From Tubiluchus corallicola (taxonomy: Eukaryota; Animalia; Priapulida), in NCBI GenBank assembly GCA_030141605.1, contig JAQGDQ010000446.1, positions 130,148 to 194,147 of the forward strand: a stretch of 64,000 nucleotides of DNA, written 5' to 3'. The position numbers were made by a program, and so were the translations under genes. Shown here piece after piece: positions 25,801-37,900 of the stretch (positions are counted from its first letter, which is position 1; the number at the start of each line of letters is the position of its first letter). The notes beneath the pieces are model-generated. The model did no database searches. It worked only from the letters and a program-made list of their open reading frames with translations, and was not told where the DNA came from.

Positions 25801-28800
25801 TTATGCTTCCACTGAATCCCTATGTATCCCGTGGGATACAGGCTATATTTAGCACGCGGGCACAGGTAGTAAAAAATAATTATTATGTGTAAACAAGATG
25901 GACATACTGAACAAAAGTACTAAACCAAAAAAAATTTTCTTATTAAAAAATAATTTGGGACTGAAAGGGTTAATTTTAACAACTTCTACATCTTGTGACG
26001 CATTTAAAACACAAACTGCTCGTTAGAAGACATATAATGAAAGTTAGGACAGAAATTAGAAAGAATACAAAAACATTCATCTCTTATATGAGTGTACAGG
26101 ACATTCAGTAATTACATGCAATTCATCCTCTACTTCATCCAAACATACTTGTTGTTCTACAGGTATTTCTTCAAATTTTCAAATCTTAAAAGCTTTGTGG
26201 AAGTTGGAATTGTACATTATAATTAGGTGCTGCCATCTATGGGCTAATCCTGTTACATTCTACCAGCTGACTTACCCTCAGTATGGTCTAGTGACTACAT
26301 ACACATTGGTCCTCTCCCTATTTTTAAGTAATGGTTGTTGTGAAGCCTGTGCAAGTCTGCATAGGTCAAGTCCTATACTTATATATACTGACTGTTTTTG
26401 CTTTCTAGTCACTCTCAGTGTTCAGTGCAGCAGTCATGCTACTCATGTGTCTGTAGTTTTAATAAATACTTTTCTGTTGTGTGCAGTGCAAACAAGTATT
26501 ATAGATTTTTTATTCTTGTTCATACTTCTGTGCCTAAACTCAAACATAGCAAAGTGAGTGATCAACAACTTCAAACATGACTTTCACAAGCTTATTAATC
26601 ATTGGTTACATTCAGAATTAGATTGTAAAACTACAAGGGTACCTTATCAAATCTTTTTGTTTTTTTTTCTTCTTTTGCATCCTTTACCTTGTCTAGCTTA
26701 TTAAAAAAACTCATTACACAAATCTTAAAAAAACAAGGTCGTCACATTTCTGGTGCAACTTTGCGATAGAACAGCTCCTTGACTGCAATCCGAAACTCTT
26801 TTAACTTAACAGAGTAAATAACAACATTAACTAGGGTATTAGTAACTAACAAAGCCCAACTAAAAGGCAATACTTTACGCAAGAATTTCTTGTGTTCTGG
26901 GCTCACAACATACAATAGCAACAAAATTACATGAGACAGAGTCATCAAGTAGAAAAAGCCAGTCAAATAAAATACAATTTTTGCAATTCTAAATCTTGTT
27001 CTAACGCTGTTGTGTATGGACACTGATGGCGTGTTGGACTTCGTTGCTTTTTGTTGCCTGATAACTTCCAAAATGACCTTCGTGTTCATGAAAACGACAG
27101 ACGGCATCAAAATTAAGTACAACAACGTCATTATGAGATCAATGGTTCCCGACAGGTCAAAGCAAAAGCTGCCGCCTTCGAAACCGCCATTCGCGGCTTG
27201 AATAGATCGACCGATCAAAAACGGGAGGACGCTAAAAATCCACGTCGCAATCAGGATCACGCGAGTACTTGTGAGTGTCATAATTTTCTCGTAATACAGC
27301 GGACGCATGACTGCTATGTATCTATCTATGGAAACGGCAAGGAATGTGTACATGGATGCACCAATCATCGAATCAGACAATCCTTTCACTATGATGCACC
27401 ACGACACGTAACAGTCGCCTTCCAGCCAAACCATGATGCAGTACACGACACTCGTCCATCCAATCAACATGTCTGCCACTGCCAGGTTACAGATCAGATA
27501 GTAGTAAGTGTGGTGCAGAATCTTGACTTTACAGATAACTGTGATGATGATCATATTGCACACTACAGCCAGCACGCCTACGACAAGCACGTATGAGTAC
27601 AGTACTGTCACTGACATGTCAAGATCACGATGCTCGCAGTGCCGAGGTGCCTGGCTACTATTGAGTTTTGGTGCGGCAGCAGTGCTGAGAGGAGGCATCG
27701 TTACGTAAAATACCACCACAAGACACCACAAACTACAATGTACTTCTACATGAAGAAATGCAAGGTTTCTTTGAAAAATGGAATTATGTGGCTGCAAGAA
27801 ACTTTTTAATACTGATCAATACTAAGTGTCTCACATGAAGGATAACAATTAGAAAGTGAGAATATGTGAAGACATATGAACGCGGGCCTAGAGAAAGAGA
27901 ATTCTCATATCTAGGTTTCTTTTAAGTAAGTCAGATGCATTAAAACAACCTTAGCCATCACAGTATTTTGCTCATTGCATTGAGTTTAAGCCATTAAAGT
28001 AGGAAACTGTTTTGCGTACGTATGTTTCCACACAATAGTTTCTGCCACTACAGTCTGTAAAGCTATTCGTCCACAGGTGTGCACTTTGAACTATTGTAAC
28101 AAATCACAAGGTTAGTCTAGAAAGCAATCGTTCTAAAACAATCCTTCCATCACTGCGTTTACTATCTGACACTTTCCTGTTAGTTCACGATGTAATGACA
28201 GGTCAACAAAACAACCGCTTAACATCACGTAGCAAAAACACTTTCCATTTCTGTACGGCGTTCCTTCCGTGCTTCCTACAGGTATCCCTCGCTACCCACA
28301 GCTTCCTCGTTGCTTCAAGCAGTAGTAGATTGAAGTGACGTCGTCCGATTATTGCAAACACAGTGCAGTGTTTACGCCGGGCAGAAATGTGATTATTAAT
28401 GTGGCATGTGCGCAGTAATTAATGACTGTTTACAAAGCTCTCGTCCACCTCTCTGGTTGCAAAATGCTGGTGAAGCATTGCAATGCATAATCACTTTGCT
28501 AACACAACAATGTTGTAGCTATATTGCATATGACTATATCAAACAGTCAAACTAGTAATTAAAACAGGCTGTGTACCGATGGGATTATAGAGCAGCAAGA
28601 TGAGCATAAGCAGACATGAGCTTAAGTTTTATGCTAACATGGGTTAAGAACGCTCTGACCCAGTTTATCCACAACTTACATGCTACTCTATGAAACAGTT
28701 AAACTAGTAATTAAAACTGGTTGCCAGGCTGTGTACAAATGGAATCATAAAGCAGCAAGATGAGCATAAGCAGACATGAGCTTAAGTTTTATGCTAACAT

Positions 28801-29445
28801 TGGTTAAGAACACTCTGCTGCTCTTTTAACTGACCCAGTTTATGCACAACTTACATGCTACTCTATCAAACAGTACAAACAAAACCAATGACTGATTGAT
28901 AATGGCAAGCAATCAGCAGCAGCTAACGAAGACATGTTAATCATTAATATGCACACAAATTATATGTAAGAGCAAACAAAGTATTTCAGACGGGATTTTG
29001 TCACAAGAGAGCTGGGTATAGGCCTTAAAATTATTGATTTTGATGAGCTGGGCTGGACTTTACCAACCTTTGGCTTCAAATTACAAGCCCGTGCAGACTA
29101 TAATAAGACTGGCTGTCAGATTGCTAAAAATTGTTGGTGTTGAACGCGTTAAAGTCTCCATAACTGACCTAATCTTTTGTAGCATCAAAAAAGCTTATAA
29201 GCATTGAAACGAATTAATATTACATGAGCACTGTGTCAACACGTTACAAACACTTACCCACTTGAACTCCCGGCACAGAATTCATGCATCCTTCATGGCT
29301 GAAAAATGTAATACATGTACGTGTGAATTGCACACAGATCAGAAGAGAAAGAAACGAGAATGAAAAAGCTAGAAAGAAAGAGAAAGGGAAAGAGTCAAAA
29401 CAGAAAGAGAGAGAGCAAAAGAAAGAGAGAGAGAGAGAGAGTGAC

Positions 29446-29479
<34 letters not shown>

Positions 29480-31924
29480 TGACAGAGAGAGAGACAGAGA
29501 GAGAGAGAGAGGAGGGAGAGAAGAGAGAGGGAGGGAGGGAGAGAGAGGGGGAAAGAGAGAGCAAGATGGAGAGAAGAGAGAGGGAGGGAGAGAGAGAAAG
29601 AGAGAGAGGGGGAAAAGAAAGCAAGAGAGAGAGTGAGTGAGTGAGTAAGTGAGAGAGGGAAAGAGGAAGAGAGAGATTACTCTATTCGGCATTTAAGTAC
29701 ATACATACTTAGCAGAAACAACAGAATATTCATCAGTTCACTCATGCCGAGAACTTGCATTGCTAGTCGAGTTTTAACAGTGAAGAGACAAAATAATTCA
29801 ACACTTAACCGACTTGTAAACCTTTCATGATTGAAACCGGAAGTCAAACACAGTCGATACGATAAAAAAAACTGAAACACGTACAACTCAGAAACATGAA
29901 TTTACCTAAACCTTGAGGCACTACACTTCAGACCACAAACGCCACTCATATGTGAAGGAAGCCGTATGCTTCCAGCTATATCTCCTCCGACACCAAGTGG
30001 ACTTCCCTTCCTCTTCAGCAGACACGTTTCCCCTCCAGAAGATCCTCCGGGAACTCGCCCCTTTTGGACCGGGTTCTCCGTTGCACCGAATATTGGGTTA
30101 CTGCAGCCATAGCTAAAATTAAAGCGGACCCAAATTTAAACTGTAGATCAAAACAATCTACTCTCTAAAACATTGAAAAGAAAATATACTATTATGTTCA
30201 AGAATGACTTTTTAGTGCATTTCAAGGTGTTTGTATATAGCAGTTAAAAAACAATAATTTGAAATGAGGAATGATCAGAAAACCTGTATTGTTTTCCTGT
30301 TGAAAAATTCCACAGGAACAATTAGGAGCACTGCAAACAGAATGTAACGTTGTGGCCAATACTGTAATCTGACAAATTATCAAAGCCACATCACTTAAAT
30401 GAGCCAGTGAACTAGTAGAGGTGGCACGCCACATTTGGATCTAAAAACAGCCTCCATTTGTGAGAAAAACGTCCAGAATCAGTAAGACGAATGAAACGGC
30501 GAAAAGCGAGTATCGAACCCAACGACCACCCACCCGTTTATTATACACATTAGCTGTAATCACTCACTTTTTCACCTCACCCTAAATCTACTCGCCAAAG
30601 AAGCGCTGTTTAGCGATACCAGCCATTTACAGAATATATCAATCATACTTTTGTGTAAACTCATCATGCTGATGCCATATCTAAGTACTGAATTATCATT
30701 ACCTGAGTAATGTTTGAGGAACATTCGTCTTACAGAACGGAATCCCACCTTTTGCTTTAATGACTTTAACCACAATGGCGTCTTCGTCTTTTGGTTTGGC
30801 ATACTTTGCCTGTCCCAATGTGCTCGCATAGCCCTGCAACAAACAATAACAACTTTTTATGTTGTCTCTCCAGCCTCTCTACATGTTGTGGAGATCGCTG
30901 TAATCTATTAGAATTCGTAGAACGTTGCAGAATGTTCCGTTGGCATGACCGCCTTATCGTCTGGAATGTTCTGGAACATTAGTTCTGGAAGATTCTTCAG
31001 CGCGCTATATAAGGCAAAGCAGGCCGCCGACACGGAAGCGCATAGAGCACGAAGATCTCGCACGGACGTATACTTACACATTCTCTTGTATACTTGTATT
31101 TTCAGATACACTTTAACGTTTTCCAGATTTTCACGTTTACAGTAATCGTTTCTCGTTCCCTCATACTTTTGTGTTGTAGAATTCCCGCTAAATAAACTAG
31201 TTTTATTTGACGGCGTGTTTTCTGGTTTTCTCTACGAGCCTTCCGAGAGAAACAAAACACAACACTACATTAAACGTCAACGTGAGCTGACTTGATTCTT
31301 ACTTACCAGTTGCTTCACGGCCTTTTGTTGATTATGACTACAGACGTCCTTTTGTGTTGTCTAATGATACAAGGTTAATAATTTAAAGCTTAAAAAGCCT
31401 CAAGTTTGACTCAATGTGCATTTGTACAGTTTTGCATGTCGAGTAAAAAATGTAGCTACCAGTTGAAGTTGTAAATGCTCCTAACTAACTTAACTACTTT
31501 TAAAACTTGCCTTCACAACCATCTCTACCAAAACTCGTAATGTTTTTTTTACAATTTTGTACTTTCTGTTAATTGCTATTGTCATACGTACGTAAAGTTT
31601 AGTACTAACGTTTACACTTACATTACTGTACTGTATGATATTCTGCGGTATCTTGTCCCCTTCGTACTGGGATCACTTTAAGTAATTTAAATTATTGTAT
31701 TTTGTTGTAATTTTGGTTTCCAGTCGAGCTACAATTACCCGTAAATAATAATAAAATAATAATAATAATATCTCATTTTTTAGAGTCATAGATAAAATAA
31801 CATCAGATCAGTGTATATATGTGCATGTATATGCATGTATGTATGTGTCTATGTATATGTGCATAATAAAGCGCATGTATCCAATTAGGTATATAATATA
31901 TGCATATGTATGTATATGTACATG

Positions 31925-31994
<70 letters not shown>

Positions 31995-34900
31995 TGTGTG
32001 TGTAGCCATTAGTACTATTCATTATAATGTAATTTTACAGCAGATAGAGGCCACATGACTATCTAGATGTCTTATTGGAAACGTGCCATTTTCAGTACTA
32101 ACATGTAAATGAAAGTTAAGAGGTAAAGCAATTCTGTCTGCGTAAATCCACACATTGCTTAGAATATCAACATTATATGTATTTATTATGCCTTTGTGTC
32201 CGTGATATTTATGTTCAAATTTAAACTTAATCTCAATAGTTTTACACACCTTATTCTGAAATCTTCGTCAAGATAATTGCGCATATCACTAATAGCAACA
32301 TTACTTACAGGTTGGTTGACTTTGGTAACTTTCAGTTTTTCGCCGCCCTTTCACCAATCACTTGAACATCATTAACTCAGATAATTTACTCATTGAATTA
32401 TATTGTCACTTTTATCATATTATCACTTCATGCTCCGTGGTTTTCTTGTAAAAAAGATGAAAAATAAAGATACTTACTTACTTACATACTTACTTACTGA
32501 CTGACTGACTGACTGACTTACTTACTTACTTATCAATTTATAAAATCTTAGTGAGTGTGATAAGATATATGAGAAACTGATAATGGATCCCTTTTCTACT
32601 TGAGCATGATATAATTACATTACCGTCACAGAAATATTATCCTTGATGCTCACGGGCACTCCAAACAGAATCTCATCTTTACGTGGGCCTCTTGCATCCA
32701 GTTCTTTAGCCCAGTCCTAAACGTGCATACATGACTAAATCAACAACGTAAACAAAGTCAAAGCCATTTACAAACAAAGTGGACAAGAGAGGATAACAAT
32801 AAAATTAGTTTCCCAATTAAAGCAAAACCAGACGTAGTCTTAAACTGTAGGTCAAAAAAATATACTCTTTAAAATATTGAAAGAAAACATCCTATTTTTT
32901 CAAAAATGACTTACTTGAAAGAATTATAACCACACAAACACAATTTCACGTTTGCGTCGCTAGTTCTTCGCTGTTACATGCATTTTGCCATTCTCTAGTA
33001 AGACGGGCACTAGCACCTGCATTTTTAAAATGCATTGCACAAAAACAGGTGCTGTACCTCCCAGTTCAGATGTGGTCATTTCTGGAACTTTTATCAGAAA
33101 CTACACATGTTCTACAGCTTATGCGTGAGCACAACGGTAAATTTCAAATTTGGATTTTTATCTAAAAACCTGCCTAGTTATAGTACAACACACTGAATAT
33201 TTTCCAGTAGCACTGTACTTCAATTTTCGCTTTCGCAAACACGTGCAACACGCTCGTGGAATATTTTTGCTGTTGAAAATTATGTTAGTTTGTGATGTCA
33301 ATAGTTGGCACACCCGTCAGTGATTAAATTCTTAATCTATTATTTAATTATCAGAAATGCTTTTGCAGTATTAACCATGTTAAAATTTATACTTTTTATT
33401 GGACTTGAAAATAGGATAGTATGTGAAAAATCATCATGTTTTCCTATAAGTTTTAACTGATTCTTAAATTACTAAACAAAAGGGACAGATAAGCTGAATG
33501 GAACTATTCACTCTTACACACACTTGTTACATCTGGACTTGGACTTATATAGAAAAACGCATATCATTTTTGTTAACCAGGTAAGCACACTCTAGATCAA
33601 GCAATTTTATTCTAGCCTTGATAAACAATTACGCTAGCAAATCATGATGCAAACATGAAATTTGGATTCATCTCACATTAAGATACAAGGCCAGCAACTT
33701 CGCAAGAACGAAACCACAGGTTTAATGGTAAGGTGATTAAAAAATTGTAAATATCATCTGAAATGCCACGAAGTGTTAAAAATATTTAATAAAGTAGAAA
33801 AATTCAATTTACATCATCAAACTTTCAAAAACATAAAACTACATGAAATTACACAGTTCTCACAGTAAGTTTTTCTTCTAAAAATCAATCCACATTTCGA
33901 AGGTATTTGTAAAACTGTCGTTCACATACACACATACCTCAGCCTCTAGAATAAAATCTGTGATACAGTTTGTATCTTCGTGTACCTCTAGAGCCTGCAA
34001 AACAAATGTTTGAAATTGGTACCAATAAAATGAAAGTAATTTAAAAGAAGAAACATATTAATACATTCCATAGTTTGCTAAATTAAACAAAACAAAGCAT
34101 AACTTTTTGCTAACGGGGTGCAGAAACAAAGAATGGGAGCCTGCACACACCCCCCCCCCCGCCCCCCACCCAATCTACCAACCTGTGTACAGTTGACCCT
34201 CGTTAAACCGGACCCCGTTAGCCCGGATATCGGATAAGACGGACGTCGTCCATGGTAAAGGAAACTGACCGATTTCCGTCCGAGCCGGAGCGCTAAACAC
34301 AACACGGCCTACCAACTGTACAATAATTTCTTTATCCTCACAGGTTAACTATTTTAAAGTAATATACAGTATAGTATATAGTGCACAGTATATAGGCCTT
34401 ATTAAGGTGATTATTCCTGTATAATATAGACCATATATAGGCATATCGGATAAATCGGACAATCGGCTAAACCGGACCACCACCACCCCCCAATTAGTCC
34501 GATTTAACAAGGGTCGACTGTATATTTAATTATATTCAAAATTATTAATTGCATTTTCTCTATCAATCCAGATAAACATTTTTTTGAGAGTCCGAACAAT
34601 CCTCAGAATTCGCAAAGCTGAAAGCAAAATATCAGTTGAGAGAAGCATGTCACTCATGACCTTCTCCTGTGATTGTTGTTGTTGGCATCCTTCTGTCTCG
34701 GAAGACAATGGAGTGTGCGCCAAGAGAGTCAGTTATTGATCACATTGATAGAGCTGCAGCATCGATTGTGGCTGAGCAGTGCGATCCTTGAACGTCTCCA
34801 GGGCGCACGCCTGGGCAAGGTGTATGGAGATCCTGAGTTGCCCAGACAACAGGAACCACCTCTCTTCTTCCCTGGTGTAGTCCAAAGGAAAGCGGAGCGA

Positions 34901-37900
34901 TACGTTTTCGCGTTCAGGGCTCCACTCCTGATTTGGAAGGTTTACTCCTCTACACATGGCCGTTGGTTCACTTGACCTCCTCCGCCCTCTAGTCGTTGGC
35001 TGCTTGTGCAGCTCCTCCGCCTAGTGTCGAGATACAGTGTGGGCATCCGGCAAGCCTACATTGCCTGGTATTCCTAGGTGGTCACCCATCCAAGTACTAA
35101 CCAAGTACTCTCCTGTGATACCCTGTGATAAAGCCTCTAGTTCTACACGTCTGCACAAATGCTGCCTTCATAACGTACCTTAGTCCAATAGGCATACAAG
35201 ACTTCCAGGGCGGTGTATTTGCCACTTCTAATCGCTTCTGCTAACGAGCAAGCGGACAGTTCAACAATTGCTCTGCGTTGTTCCGTCATTCCCTAGAATT
35301 TAAAGGAAAAGGCTAAAAGCAAAAGTAACGTGTTAGTTAGCAGATGAAAAAACAATAAACAAAAGTAATGCATTAGCTAACAGAAGAAACAAAACAAAAG
35401 TAATGCAAAACAAAAGGTATAAACAGCAGTAAGCGACTCATTCTCAAAGTTTTGTTCGATACGCAGGCTAGCAATATCTCTCTGTGCATGTGTGACATTT
35501 AAATGTGCAGCGATTTGACATGCAAAGAATAAGACATCAAAATTGCCAGCAATAGCTACTGGCAGTCACACCTGGAATAAGACAGAAACTTTGAATGAGA
35601 TCCAGACCACAACTTTGAATGTCCACTGACCACTAGATGGCTGTGTAGGACTGAAACCTATCTCGTCGTCAAAGATAGTCTATGAAAAGTGACACTGTAC
35701 CACAGAGAGGTATCAAATGCCTCGACGAGGTAAATATCCATAAAACACAATCTAAAATGACTGCTGAACCAAACCATCACCCACCCATTAACTGACCAGA
35801 CTAAATATTGCTTAATCTCAGATGCTCAGCAATCAGCAAATGGCCATATGTCTTAATCACCTAAAAACTCATCTTGCCCATTTTTCAAAACCGGCTATTA
35901 CTTCAAAGTTGCCACAAACTCTCGCTTTTATTCTGACGCTTTTACTGTTTGTCCCACAATGGAATATTCGTTTCCTGTTTAGTTAACCCTTTCAGTCCCA
36001 AATTATTTTTTTATAAGAAAAACTTTTTTGGCTTGATAATTTTGTTCAGTATGTCCATCTTGTTTACACATAATAATTATTTTTTTCTACCTGTGCCCGC
36101 GTGCTAAATATAGCCTGTATCTCACGGGATACATTGGGATTCAATGGAAGCATAAAATGTGCTTCATTTTGCAACTGCTGATAATTTTTTAAAGTATTTA
36201 AGACATTTAGTACGCACGCTATACTGATCTGTACAAAGTCGTCTCTAAAGTACTGAACCTTGCACAGATTTTTATGCTATGTAGATTTTCTAGTTTGCCA
36301 TTTTATCACCATTCTTATTCTATTGTTATTTGCTTAAGTCAAAATAACTATTAACAGATCAAATAACTGTCAGTTTTAAACTTTTATTAATTTTAAAAGC
36401 AGAAAATATTCTCGTATCCCACGGGATACAACGGGTATGAAAGGGTTAAAATTAGATATTACTTAACAGAAGCCACGAACTTCGTGTTTTTCTTCGCATT
36501 TTCTTCTTATTCTTTTACCGCTTGACGGTGAATGACACGTTTCTTTTCTGTCATAATTTCTGCAAAATGTTTTTACAAATCCATGAAATACTATGACTGA
36601 GAAACAAAAAACTAACTTAAGCACACACCTCGGGAAGTTTCTCTCTTAGTACTTGAATGCTTCTCTCACGCTTCGCTCGGAGTTCTGCTGCAGCTTCCCG
36701 ATGTTGCGCTCTGATCTCCTTATTACGCCTCCACTAAAATAAACCACAATTAATATAATCTTAGTATAAAAAAATTAATACAAACACTAATAGTAAATGC
36801 ATTGTGTGCAGATTTTATTAGAATACTGTTGAAGTTGGAATTGTACATTTTTAATTTGGTGCTGCCATCTATGAACTAATCCTGTAACATTTTACCAGCT
36901 AAACTTACCCCCAGTATAATTGTACGGTCCAGTGAATGCATATTCACTGGTTCTCTCCTTATTTTAAAGTAATGGTTTTTGTGAAGCCTGTGCAAGTCTG
37001 CATAGGTCACCTATACCTATATATACTGACTGGTTTTACTTTCTAGTCACTCTAACTCTCAGTGTTCAGTGCAGGACTCTCTCTCTCACTCACAGTGTTC
37101 AGTGCAGCAGTCATGCTAGTCATGTGTCTTTAGTTTAATAAACACTTTTCTGTTTTGTTCAGGGGAAATATGTATTACAGATTTTTTATTCTTGTGCTAC
37201 AAGTGAGTGATCTACAACTTCAAATATGACTTTCACAAATACGGTTTATTTTCAAACACATCAAGGTTTTAAACAAAAAAATTACAATTTGCCGAAAAGT
37301 TCTATTTTGCTGTGAAGCAAATTAAATTGCACAAATTACCAAGTAGAAGAGACCCGGGTAAAGTGGATCACTTAAGGGTTTTCGCTCATAGAGTTCAAGA
37401 CGTTTGATCTGTAACAATCAATTACATGCCCTATTCTTCCGTAGGAAACTCTGCTATATTCTTGTGGTAAAAACTTATAATTACTATTACTCGTTTAACA
37501 GATAATTCCAAAATACGAAACCAAAATTTCTAGGGCAAAGTGGATCTTTTACGGGCATAGTGGATCATACCGGAGCGGTTGAGCTCAACATAACTAACAA
37601 TATCTTTTAAATGGATTTTGTCTATTTTGCAAAAGTAAATTGATATGAAGCAGCAATGAACCATCCATCATATGTAAAAACAGTAGCGAATAAATCTGCA
37701 CTAAGTGGAATTTATCATTATGATCTATAAAAATGAAAAATCGAAAGAAAGTGGGTGAAAAACTTATTTTTTTGTGTACCGCACTTAGACAAACTTTGCA
37801 AAGGTCGAGGTCGTTCATGCAGAGTACACAGTAGATGATGACGTAACATCACACAGTGCGTAGGCTGCGACGCCTTACGGAAAAAAGAGCAAACACATTT

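Noticed and set aside
27699-27797. N-terminal 33-aa extension of the GPCR
   Set aside because: It starts at a TTG overlapping a splice acceptor; more likely 5' UTR unless joined to an upstream coding exon.
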